Part shown: positions 36,643 to 48,370 of the stretch, one piece after another
Layout of the letters: every line of letters starts with the position of its first letter
Numbering within the stretch: the first letter of the stretch is position 1
Notes under the pieces: generated by a model
Database searches by the model: none
Seen by the model: the letters and a program-made list of their open reading frames with translations, nothing else
What the model was told of the DNA's origin: nothing
Assembly (NCBI RefSeq): GCF_963921235.1
Contig: NC_086108.1
Location: 105,340,001 to 105,404,000 of the forward strand
Length of the DNA: 64,000 bases
Source of the DNA: Mobula hypostoma
Taxonomy: Eukaryota
Direction: 5' to 3'
Program-made: the position numbers and the translations under genes

Positions 36643-37164
36643 AATCTGTATCTAATCTGATTTTACTGGAGTGGGAAGTGTCCCTGATTGGGTTAGCTGC
36701 ATTCCAGAGGCAGCAAGAAACGCAGACAGGGTCACCTGAGGGGAGGCTGGTTTTGTGATTGGGATGGAGTGGTGTTTTCAACGTTGGCTTGACTTCAACT
36801 TGGCTTCTCACAATGAACAATTATGAACAATATAATCCATTCTACTCACAGAGTGATTAATAGCGTGCTGAATTATTCCTCATGGGGTCACAGAGTTACT
36901 TAAGCTAGTGTAGGGAATTGCAATAAGTAACACCCCAGTAATTAGAAAAGGCAGCACATTTATATGAGGGTGAAGACACCAACCATGGCAGCAGTAAAGT
37001 TAACGATGAGGATTTTCTTTATTTTAAACTGAACCCAGTGTGAAACGGGCCACTGGAATCTGAGTTTAATGGATTAGAAATACATTCAGAGGTCACTTAT
37101 TAGGTACCTCTTCCTGTAGCTAATAAAGTGGCCACTGAGTATATGTTCATGGTCTTCTGTTACT

Positions 37165-37955
37165 GAATCAGAATCAGAATTAGTATCACTGGCATATGTT
37201 GTGAAATTTGTTAACTTTATGTCAGCAATACAATGCAATACATGATAAGATAGAGGGAAAGAAAGCTCTTTCACTCTCTCTATCTATCTATCCATCTACC
37301 TATCTATATGAAATAGTTGAATTAAATAAATAGTGTAAAATAAAAGGAAAAAAGTAGTGAGGTAGTGTACATGGGATCAATGCCCATTCAGAAATCAGAT
37401 GGTAGAGGATTCCTGAATCGTTGTGTGCCTTTAGGCTTCTGTACCTCTTCACTGAAGGTAGCAATGAGAAGAGGCATGTCCTGCGTGGGGGAGGTCCTTA
37501 ATGATGGACGCCGCCTTTCTGTGGTGCCGCTTGAGATGATGTGGATTCTACGGAGGCTGGACCTCATGATGGAGCTGACTAACTTTACAACTCTCTAGAC
37601 CTTACTTTGACCCTGTGCAGTACTCCCATCCTCCCCCCTCCCAATACCAGATGATGATGCAGCCAGATAGAATGCTCACCATGGTACATCTGTAGAAATT
37701 TACCAGAGATTTTGCAGACATACCAAATCTCCTCAAGCTCCTAATGAAATATAGCCACTGTCCTGCCTTCTTTATAGCTGCATGGATATGTTGGGTTCAG
37801 GTTAGGTCATTAGAGATATTGACACCCAAGAACTTGAAATTGCTCACTCCCTCCACGCCTGATCCCTCTGTGAGGGTTGATGTGTGTTCGCTTGTCTGAC
37901 CCTTTCTGAATTCCACAATCAGTTGTTTGGTCTTACTGATGGTGAGTGCAAGATT
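37165..37955 (-). mobile_element. Rex1/Babar relic inserted in a Tc1 remnant
   Basis: Colinear with 35775-36642. Tc1 TIR pair at 37081-37142 and Tc1 sequence resuming at ~37960. Confidence 0.8.
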
Positions 37956-39689
37956 TAAGGTGCTGTGCATTCAGAGATGCTCTTCTGATTTGGGAGGAGG
38001 GTGGTGCGGGACTAATTATGAGTGACCTGAAGGCTAGAGGAGGGAAGGAACGCCTTACACCTCCTTTGGTAGAGGTATGTTTCCATCCTGCCACCCAGAA
38101 GTGCAGTGCAGTTAGACAGTAAAGTGCAAGCTCATAATGAGGTATATTGTGAGATTAATTGTCCATCAGAGCACTAGGGAACTATTCAATTGTTTTGCAA
38201 CACCAGGGTGGAAGCTGTCCTTGATCCTGGTGATACGTACTTTCAGCTTTTGTACCTTCTATCTACTGGAAGAGGGGAGAAGAAATAATATCCAAAGTGA
38301 TTGGACTCTTTGATTATGCTGACTGCTTTACTCAGGTAGCACAATTGTAAGCAGAGTCCAGAGAGGGGAGGCTTGTTTCTGTGATGTGCTGAATTGTGTC
38401 CACAACTTTCTGGAGTCTCTTGTGGTCGTGGTCAGAGCAGTTGTGATAGCAAGCCGTGAAGCATCGAGAAAGGATGCATTTCGAATGTCTCTGTAGCGTG
38501 TACACGTCAACTGAGCGCACCATTGTGTTCTGTCTCCTTGCCCGAACAGTTCACTTCCCACACATGTATAAAGAAGGTCAGCTTGCGTTACATTCTGAGA
38601 GAGTGTGGGGGTGTTGTAAATATGTATCCTGTTCAACCTTAGAAATATTAAAAAATACAAGCTTACACGAGATAAGTTTTCTGAATTTATTCCAGAAATG
38701 CCAAATAAAATATGGGGTATTGTTTGATCTGACTTGCATGGTTGGTATATAGATGCAATTTTTATTTTTTAGAAGGAAAGAAAGCTTAACTTTATTTGTC
38801 ACACGTAGATTGAAACACAGTGAAATTCATTGTTTGCATCAAATCAAATCAGGGAGGATTGTGAGGACGGTATAGGGGTATTCTGCCACTGGACAGGGAG
38901 GAGGTAGGTTGGGTGAGGCAGCCCCTCAGTTATTGTAGCAGTATACCACCCCAAGGTGTCACATAATTAACAAAGGTGCAAGAGGTGTTACAGAATAATA
39001 AACACTGTGCTGGACAGTCCACACCTGCTGCCATGCCTCAGGCTCCAACATAGCGTGCCCATAACTCACTAACTGCCCAGGTAGGCCCATTGTTCCTGCC
39101 TGCTCCTGCCCCACTGAACTCATGTCCTCAAACCTCGACTCATTCGATCTGCATCCAGCATCTTCAGAATTTCTTGCGTTTATGACCCACTGACCCTTAC
39201 CGTACATCTTTGAAATGTGAAAGGCAATCGGAGGTCCCGGAGGGATCCCACCCGGTCACAGGTAGAAGGAAATGTAGCTTTTAAAGGCAGTGGCGGGAAT
39301 TAAAGCTGGATCTTACAGCCAACACTGTAAAGTGTGATGCTAACTGCTACACTACCCTGCTGCCCGATAATTTATTTTAGCCTTTAAGTTATTTACATGG
39401 TATTTTCTCCATTCATGTCTGATAATTTCGTACCAGCAGTTTACCATCTGAAGGAAGGCTTCCTGCAGCAATGCAAGCTAAGCAGCTTAATTCACTGGAA
39501 AAGATCCAATTAGTCCATTAAGTTAATCCTTCCTTTTGGGCCTTAAATTCCAGAATTCCTTCCCAAAGCCTCTCTTCCTCTCTTATCTCTATTGCTAGGT
39601 TTTAGATGCTTCTTGAACCCTGTCTCTCTAATGGATCTTTTGATCATCTCATCCGATAGGTTCTTGTTTCTTAATTTTTTTTTAAATTT

Positions 39690-39965
39690 AGAGATACAGT
39701 ACTGAATAGACCCTACCAGTCCTTCAAGCCCCACTGCCATCAGCAATCCCGATTTAATCCCAGTCTAATCACAGGACAGTTCACAGTGACCAATTAACCT
39801 ACAAACCGGTACGTCTTTGGACTGTGGGAGGAAACTGGAGTACCCGGAGGAAACCCACGCATTCCATGGGGAGGATGTAAATCGCCCTACAGAGGACATC
39901 AGAACTAAACTCTGAACTCCAACGCCCCGAGCTGTAATAGCAGCGTGCCAGCCATTACGCTAACA
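39690..39965 (-). mobile_element. V-SINE / HE1-like SINE
   Basis: Reverse-complement V-domain (TTTGGACTGTGGGAGGAAACTGGAGTACCCGGAGGAAACCC). Confidence 0.8.
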
Positions 39966-40494
39966 TGACATCCTGAGTGGACACTGTGTATTCTGTCTCC
40001 AGGCTGCCATTACCACCCATTAAATATATCAACCATTAAAGTCTTAGGGTTGAGGACCAAGAGAGTGCAGATGCTGGAATCTGCAGACAATCAGCTGTGG
40101 GTGGAAAGGAGATTCAGGAATGAAAACAAACCTTCATCTGTGACACTTGTCAATGCTAACTCAATTACTAGCATTAGAGTCAAGATTCAAGTTTGTTTAA
40201 TGTCATTTCCAGTACACAAGTGTAAAGGAGAATGAAATAATTGTTACTGTGGATCTGATACAGCCCCAAAAAACACAATAACATTAAGAACATAACAATA
40301 AAAAAACATAAATAACTCCAACTACAAAGGATAGCTTATCTACATACTAGATTGAGTGTTTGTCCCTAAACTGATGCCAGGCTGTACAGAGAGGGACTCA
40401 TAAACACAAAATAATCTGCAGATGCTGGGGTCAAAGCAACACTCACAACACGCTGGAGGAAATCAGCAAGTCGGGCAGCATCCGTGGAAACGAT

Positions 40495-40532
40495 CAGCCA
40501 ACATTTCGGGCTGGAACCCTTCGTCAGGACTG
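40495..40532 (-). ncRNA. Minimal type-I hammerhead ribozyme
   Basis: CAGTC-CTGACGA-A-GGGTTCCAGCCC-GAAA-TG-TT-GGCTG. Confidence 0.75.
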
Positions 40533-40796
40533 AAGAGGGAAGGGGCAGAGGCCCTATAAAGAAGGTGGGGGGAGGCTGGGAAGGAGAAGGCTGGTAGGTT
40601 CCAGGTGAAAAACCAGTAAGGGGAAAGATAAAGGGGTGGGGGAAGGGAGGCAGGGAGGTGATAGGCAGGAAAGCTGAAGAAGGAATAGGGGAAAACACAA
40701 TGGGTAATAGAAGGAAGTGGAACCATGAGGGAGGTGATAGGCAGCTGGGTGAGGGGGCAGAGTGAAATAGGGATAGAGGAAGGGAGGGGGAGGGAA

Positions 40797-41444
40797 TTAC
40801 CGGAAGTTGGAGAGTTCTATGTTCATACCAAGGGGCTGGAGACTACCTAGACAGTATATGAGGTGTTGCTCCTCCAACCTGAGTTTAGCCTCATCATGGC
40901 AGTAGAGGAGGCCATGTATGGACATATCTGAATGGGAGTGGGAAGCAGAGTTGAAGTGGGTGGCAACCGGGAGATCCTGTCTGTTGTGGCGGACGGAGTG
41001 GAGGTGCTCGATGAAGCGGTCCCCCAATCTGCGTTGGGTTTCACCGATGTAGAGGAGGCTGCACTGGGAGCACCGGATGCAATAGATGACCCCAACAGAC
41101 TCACAAGTGAAGTGTTGCCTCACCTGGAAGGACCGTTTGGGACCCTGAATGGTGGCAAGAGAGGAGGTGTAGGGACAGGGGTAGCACTTACACTTACAGG
41201 GCTAAGTGCCGGGTGGGAGATCCATGGGGAGGGACGTGTGGATAAGGGAGTCGCGGAGGGACCGATCCCTGTGGAAAGCGGAGAGGGGTGGAGAGGGAAA
41301 GATGTGCTTAGTGGTGGGGTCCTGTTGAAGGTGGCGGAAGTTGCGGAGGATAATGTGCTGGATCCGGAGTCTGGTGGGGTGGTAGGTGAGGACAAGGGGA
41401 ACTCTATCTCTGTTATGGTGGTGGGAGGATGGGGTGAGGGCCAA
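40797..41444 (-). pseudogene. Penelope RT-thumb/linker/GIY-YIG endonuclease coding relic
   Basis: ORFs 41202-41444 and 40797-41123 are in the same frame, separated by one TAG. Confidence 0.9.
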
Positions 41445-41974
41445 ATTGCGTGAAATGGAGGAGATGCAGGTGAGGGCATCATTGATGACAGCAGAAGGGA
41501 AACCACAATCCTTAAAGAAAGAGGATATTTGAGATGTCCTGGAAGGGAAAACCTCATCCTTGGAGCAGATGCGGCGGAGACGGAGGAACTGGGAAATGGC
41601 ATTTTTGCATGTGGCGAGGTGGGAGGAGGAATAGTTGAGGTAGTTATGAGAGTCAGTGGGCTTGTAGAAGATGTCAGTGGACAGTCTGTCTCCAGAGATG
41701 GAGACCGAGAGATCGAGAAAGGGGAGAGAAGCATCCGAGATAGACTATCCCTATTTCACTTTGCCCCCTCCTCCAGCTGCCTATCACCTCCCTCATGGTT
41801 CTGCCTCCTTCTACTACCCATTGTGTTTCCCCTATTCCTTCTTCACCTTTCCTGCCTATCCCCTCCCCCACCCCTTTATCTTTCCCCTTACTGGTTTTTC
41901 ACCTGGAACCTACCAGCCTTCTCCTTCCCACCTTCCCCCCACCTTCTTTATAGGGCCTCTGTCCCTTCCCCCTA

Positions 41975-42012
41975 CAGTCCTGACGAAGGGTTCCGGCCTG
42001 AAACGTTGACTG
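41975..42012 (+). ncRNA. Minimal type-I hammerhead ribozyme
   Basis: CAGTC-CTGACGA-A-GGGTTCCGGCCT-GAAA-CG-TT-GACTG with a perfect 5-bp helix I. Confidence 0.8.
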
Positions 42013-42066
42013 CGTTTCCACGGATGCTGCCCGACCTGCTGAGTTCCTCCAGCGTGTTGTGAGTGT

Positions 42067-42360
42067 TACATAAAGGGACTGATGGGAAATAGTTAAGTTG
42101 TGGTGGAGTTAGTGGGTGGAGGTGTTGATCAGCACTACTGCTTGGGGAAAGTAACTGTTTTTTGGTCTGGTGGTCCTGGCATGGATGTTACGTAGCCTTC
42201 TCCCTGATGGGAGTGGGACAAACAGTCCATGAGCAGGGTGGGTGGGATCCTTCATGATGTTACTGGCCCTTTTCCGGCACCTTTCTGTATACATGTCCTT
42301 GATGGCAGGTAGGCTGGTGCTCGTGATGTGTTGGGTAGTTTTAGTTACTGTTGTAGAGCC
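42067..42360 (-). mobile_element. Rex1/Babar 3' relic (host of the Penelope insertion; UTR at 40175-40398)
   Basis: RASNIMKDPTHPAHGLFVPLPSGRRLR...RPKNSYFPQAV. Confidence 0.85.
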
Positions 42361-42559
42361 CTCGTGACCCTCTGTTCCATTCCCATCCAATCAGCTGACC
42401 AAACAGCTATTAAACAGACTATACCAATTCTCAGTTAGTAAATTCTCTAGTGAAGGGACAATGAATGTTTTATAAGCAAAGATTTTAGATAAATACAAGT
42501 TATTGTTTAAGCTGTAGTTAATGACAACCATTAAGTGAGGCATCTGTTGTCTATTTCAC

Positions 42560-42745
42560 CCAGTCCATCTTCACGGTACATTCTCTCAGGAGGGTGAACA
42601 GTGTTGTTAAGGATGCCCACCACCCTGGCAGTTTCCTTTTCTCTCTTCTACCTTCTGGGATGTGGTACAGGAGCTGGAAAGCCCAGACATCCAGGATCAA
42701 GAGCAGCTTCTTCCCCACTGCTGTCAGACACCTGAGCCGATTATC
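42560..42745 (+). mobile_element. Rex1/Babar 3' relic
   Basis: VVKDAHHPGSFLFSLLPSG.WYRS.KAQTSRIKSSFFPTAVR. Confidence 0.8.
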
Positions 42746-43181
42746 CTCCCCTCCCCTGCCCTGCCCTGAACCTTTTTCACATCCCCTCCCTGGTGTTGCC
42801 ATGTTCTCTACTTCTCTCCACCATTCCGTTATCATCACTTTAGCATTTCTACTTCACACTGCTCAACAATCTTTATACAATTCTGCTGTCAGATTCATTG
42901 TACTTAGAACAGTACAGACTCCTCACCCCATGATTTATTATACAGTGTATAGCACAGAAGTGGGCCCTTTGGCCCCTCTAGTTTCTGCTAGTGCTTTTCC
43001 TGCTTGGTCCCAACTACCTGCACACAGACCATAGCTCTCCATTCCCTTCTCATCAGCGACCAAACCTAATTTCTCTAAATTGCCATTGAGAGAATTGATA
43101 CTATCATATGGACTATTTACTCTTCAGTCCTGATGAAGGATTATGGGCTGAAATATTGACTGTTTATTCCTTTCCACAGAT

Positions 43182-43260
43182 CAGGGGTTCCCTGTCTGGG
43201 GTGCATGGACCATTGCTTAATGGTATTGGTCCATGGCATCAAAACAGTTGGGAACTGCTG
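43182..43260. mobile_element. 79-bp hAT-type MITE inserted in a Penelope tail
   Basis: TIR CAGGGGTTCCC / GGGAACTGCTG and 8-bp TSD CCACAGAT / CCATAGAT. Confidence 0.8.
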
Positions 43261-43477
43261 CCATAGATGCTGCCTGCCCTTCTGAGTTCCTCCAGCACTT
43301 TGTGTGTGTTACTCTTCACTCTGTTAATTGTATTGCTACCTAATGTGCTTCCCTTCCTCATTCACTTTCCTTCCATTGAACTTTGAGAGAAAGGGTTCCA
43401 AAGATTTGTGTTTCTCCACTGGACTTTGAGGAAAAGGGTTCCAAAGATTTCTGCTTCTCTGAGAGAAAACATGTTGA

Positions 43478-43935
43478 GCAACATATACAAATACTGGAGG
43501 AACTCAGCAGGTCAGGCAGCATCTACGGAGGGAAATAAGCAGTCCAAGTTTTAGGCCGAGACCCTTCATCAGGAGGGGGGCAGAAGCCAGAATAAGAAGG
43601 TGGGTGGGGGGTGGGGGGGAGAAGTACAAGCTGGCAGGTGATAGGTGAGACCAGGTGAGGGGGAAGGTGGGTGGGTGGGGGAGGAGGAATGAAGTAAGAA
43701 GATAGGAAGGGTTGGGTGAGACCAGGTGGAGGGGAAGTTGTGTGGGTAGGGGAGGAGGGATGAGGTAAGAAGATAGGAAGGGTGGGGTGAGACCAGGTGA
43801 GGGGGAAGGTAGGTGGGTAGGGGAGGAAGAATGAAGTAAGAAGCTGGAAGGTGACAGATGGTGGAGGTAAGGGGCTGAAAAAGAAGGAATTTGATAGCAG
43901 AGGAGAGTGGACCATGGGAGAAAGGGAAGGTGGTG
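43478..43935 (-). mobile_element. Penelope pLTR with three ~69-bp tandem units and a mutated hammerhead (GAAA>AAAA)
   Basis: Tail motif, CTGATGAAGGGTCTCGGCCT-AAAA, and GTGAGACCAGGTG x3. Confidence 0.8.
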
Positions 43936-46609
43936 ATGGCCATGGAAGTGTAGCAGTAACTGGCTATAAGATTAGGACTCAATTCCTGCCACTGCTTGTG
44001 AGGAGTGTGTATGTTGTCCCTGCGACCATGTGAGTTTCCTCTGAGTGTTCGGGTTTCCTCCTGCATTCCAAGGACATGCAGGTTAGGGTCAGTGAGTTGT
44101 GGGCATGCTATGTTGGCGTTGGAAGCGTAGTGAGATTTGGGAGCCTGGCAGCCCAGCACAATCCTTGCTGATTTGTTTTGGTGCAAACAACACGTTTCAT
44201 TGTATGTTTCAATGTACATGTGACAAATAAAGATAATCTTTAGCTTTAGTTCCACTTCATTCTATGTTCTGTTACCAAGGTACTTGCAGCCCAATTTCCA
44301 TGATAAACTGCCTACTCGGAGGGAGGGGCACTGAGGAAAACAGGGGGCAGGTGCTGGATTTCCATCTATTTAAATCACAATGACTTAAAATTAGGGGTAC
44401 TTAACTTCCTGAGCAGAGTCCCTGTGAGCACCAATAAGTCACCAGCAGGGCAGGTGATCAGCAAATTTGGTCTTTTAAATTTCTGCCAGTGTTGACAGTG
44501 TAAACTCAACAGCGACTGTACGTATCTGTGATTAATTACAGACTCAGTGGTGGGTACCGTGTAAAACAATGGCCGCTTTCTTTCTTGCCACACTCATAGT
44601 ATTAGACATGCTCAGAGCTATACTGGGTCTTAAAGGAGGTACACACATCTTAAAGGGGAAGTACTCACACTGTTCTTCACAAAGAAAGTGTGCCAATTAC
44701 ATAACTATTACAATGACATAATATCATTCTATCTAAATGCATCAAATCATAAACACAAGAGATTCTGCAGATGCTGGAAATCTTTGAGCAACACACACAA
44801 AATGCTGGAGGATGTTAGCATCTATGGAGGGGAATAAATGTTTCAGACTGAGAAGAGTTTTGGGCCAAAACATCAACTGTTTATTCCTGTCCATTGATGT
44901 CACCTGCCCTGCTGATTACCCCCTCCATCTTTTATCCCCCTGGATTCATCATGGCAACTGCTCTTCCCATGACCACAAGAAACTTGTTTTTAAATTGGGT
45001 TCTTACGGGTTTCTTGCTTTGTGGCTGCCTGTAAGTAAGCAAACAAATCTGAAGGTGTAAGATTTATACATTCTTTGATAATAAATGTACTTTGAAACTT
45101 GAAAACTGGGGAGAGCTGTGGACACTGCTCAACACACCATGAGAACCACCCTCTCCTTTGTGGACTCTGCCTATACTTGCTGCCTCAGTAAAACAACAGC
45201 ATAATGAAAGACCCAAATCAATCTCTCCTCTCCCATCAGATAGAAGATTCAAAAGCCTGAAAGCACATACCACCAGGATCAAGAACAGCTTCTACCCAGC
45301 TATTATTAGACTCTTGAATTAATTCTCCCCAAACAAACCATAAACTGCTGGAGGAAGTCAATGGGTCAGGTAGAGACTGTGGAGAGAAATGAATCGTCGA
45401 CATTTTGGGCTGAGATCCTTCATCCAGGTTGGAGACATTGACTGTCCATTTTTCTCCAGAGATGCAGCCTGATCCACTGTGCACCTCCAGCAGATTGTGC
45501 GTTGCTCCACTTTCCAGAATCTGCAGTCTCTCGTTTCTTCATTCTCCCTGCACTCCCATCATTTTCCCCTTTGTCTACACTATCCAACATATCTGTGGCC
45601 AATTCACCTGCCAGCCTACATGGTTTTTGAGGTATTTGAGGGGACTGCAGACACATGGAAAGCATACAGAGACCACACAGATAGCAACCTATATCTCAGG
45701 TGAGGGTAAGACAGCAGCTTGACTTGTACCACTGAACTCAACGTTCTCCCAAGTAATTATGTATTAATCTGTTACCTCAGCACAAAACAATTAATCCTTA
45801 TTGAGGTTACCTTCTCACCCCTTCTCTCCTACTTACCTGCCCATCATATCCCCCTGGTTGCCCATCTCCTTCTCTTTCTCCCATGATCCACTGTCCTCTC
45901 CTATCAGATTTCTTCTTCAGCCCTTCAACTCTTCTACCTATCACCTCCCAGCTTCTCACTTCATCCCCCATCTACACCCACACAACTTCCCCCTCACCTG
46001 GTCTCACCTATCACCTGCCAGCTTGTTCTCATTCCCCTCCCCACACCTCCTTATTCTGGCTTCTTCCTCCTTCCTTGCCAGACATGATGAAGGGTCTCGG
46101 ACTGAGACGTGAACTGTTTATTCCACTCTAAACCTTGCAGATTCGATTTGATGTAAACAATGTATTTCACTTTAGGATTCAGTGTGCATGTGACAAATGA
46201 AGCTCATCTTAATCTTTGTACAGGGACTTCTGCGTCCTTCCTTTCCAGTCCAGTCTTGGACCCAACTGACTCAAATGTTTATTCCTCTCCATAGATGCTG
46301 CCTGATCCGATGAGTTCCTCCAGCACTTGGTGTGTATTGATCCTAATCCTTACCTTTTACCTTGTCAGTCCTGATGAAAAGCCTCAGGCCCAATTGCTGA
46401 TGGTTTATTCCTCCCCATAGATGCTGCCTTACATGCCAAGTTCCTCCAGCATTTTGTGTGTATCACTTAAGGAAAATAATGCAAGATCACTACAAAAAGA
46501 ACAGCTGGCTTAGTAGACGAGGATAAAAAATGAAGTTGTTTTAATTAGCAGCTTGTCAACTCTCCTCAATACTGTATCACACTACCACCCTGCAACCATC
46601 AACTCTCAC

Positions 46610-46815
46610 CTCAGCGCTGAACTGGCTCTGCGCCCAAGGACTGCTCCCATCGGGCTCCTGGACCATCTTCACTCTCCTCAGCACTAAACTGACTCCATAG
46701 CTGTGGCCTGGTCCCATCAGGCTCCTAGACCATCTTCACTCTCTTCAGCACTGAACTGACTCCATGGCTGTGGTCTGCAGCCATCGGGCTCCTGGACCAG
46801 CTTTGCTCCCTCAGC
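46610..46815. repeat. 67-bp tandem repeat x3
   Basis: CTCAGCACT.AACTGACTCCAT.GCTGTGG...CCATC.GGCTCCT.GACCA units. Confidence 0.85.
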
Positions 46816-47029
46816 GATTCATGCTCTGTGTGTTACTTACTTTAACTTTTTATTGTTTGCACAATTTGTGTTTTTTTTTGCATATTGAGTGCTTGACAGT
46901 CTTTGTGGTGCAGATTTTTTTTTAAATGGGTTCTATTGTTTCTTTGGTTTGTGACTTCCTGCAAGAAGACAAATTGCAAGGTTGTATACAGTATACATAT
47001 TTTGATAATAAATACATTTTGAAATGTAA

Positions 47030-48370
47030 TACAATTCTCTAATCAGCCAATCATGTGACAATATCCCAATGCATAAAAGCACGATCAAGAGGTTCTGTTG
47101 TTGTTCAGACCAAGTATCAGAATGGGGAAGAATGTCATCTATGTGACTTTAACCATGGAATGATTGTTGGTGCCAGACAGGATGGATTGAGTATCTCAGA
47201 AACTGTTATTCCCTTGGGATTTTCTCAAACAACAGCCTCGAGGGTTTAGAGAGGATGGTGTAAAAAAGAAACAAAAAATCATTCAGTGAGTGAAAATCGT
47301 GCAAACAATAAAAAGGTAAAGTAAGTAACACACAGAGCATGAATCGCTGAGGGAGCAAAGCTGGTCAGGAGCCCAATGGTGAAGAAAGCTTTTGGTTCGC
47401 TGGCCTTTATTAATCAGAGCATTGAGTATAGGAGTTGGGATGTAATGTTGAAATTGTATAAGGCATTGGTAAGGCCAAATTTGGAGTATTGTGTATGGTT
47501 CTGCCCACTGAATTATAGGAAAAATGTCAATAAAATTCAGAGAGTACAGAGGAGGTTTACTAAAATGTGGCCAGAGTTTCATCTCCTAAGTTACAGAGAA
47601 AGGTTGAACAGGTTCGGTCTCTACTCTTTGGAGTGTAGAAGGTTGAGAGGGGACTTGATAGAGGTGTTTAAAATTATGAGTGGGATTGATAGAGTTGACG
47701 TAGATCGGCTTTTTCCATTGAGAGTGGTAGAGATTCAAACAAGAGGACATGAGTTGAGAGTTAAAGGGCAAAAGTGTAGGGGTAACATGAGGGGGGACTT
47801 CTTCACTCAGAGAGTGGTGGCTGTGTGGAACGAGCTTCCAGCAGAAGTGGTTGAGGCAGGTTCGATGTCGTCTAAAGTTAAATTGGATAGATATATGGAC
47901 AGGAAAGGAATGGAGGATTATGGATCGAGTGCAGGTCGGTGGGACTAGGTGAGAGTAGGAGTTCGGCACGGACTAGAAGGGCCGAAATGGCCTGTTTCCG
48001 TGCTGTAATTGTTATATGGTTGTATAGAGTGGCAGTTCTGTGCATGAAAATGCCTTGTTAATGAGAGAGGTCAAAGGAAAATGGCCAGACTGGTTCAAGC
48101 TGACAGCCACACATTAGAACAGCAGTATGCAGAAACAGAGAAACATAGAAACATAGAAATCTACGGCATATTACAGGCCCTTCGGCCCACAATGTTGTGC
48201 CAACCATGTAACCAACTCTCGAAACGTCTAGAGTTTCCCTAGATTTCAGAGCATCTCTGAATATGGCTCATGGAACCTAAAGGTGGATGGGCTACAGCAG
48301 CAGGAGATCATGAACGTACACTTAGTAACCACTTTATTACGTACAGGAGGTCTCTAGCAATTGGCTACTG
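47030..48370 (+). mobile_element. Tc1-like relic interrupted by CR1
   Basis: GEECHLCDFNHGMIVGARQDGLSISET. Host sequence CAGTGAGTG|GCAGTTC is restored by removing 47293-48031. Confidence 0.8.
47376..48026 (+). mobile_element. CR1 3' fragment (young)
   Basis: Open 190-aa ORF 47376-47948, GTTATATG-type tail, TSD GAGTG. Confidence 0.93.

Larger units (their letters stand above)
40399..42066 (-). mobile_element. Penelope-like element (Neptune-type) with inverted pseudo-LTR
   Basis: RT thumb, Cys linker (*PCKCKCYPCP) and GIY-YIG (VIYCIRC..C.LLYIGET.RRL..RF.EH). ~320-bp inverted pLTR (40439-40776 vs 41745-42066). TSD-like TACAGAGAGGGACT / TACATAAAGGGACT. Confidence 0.92.
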
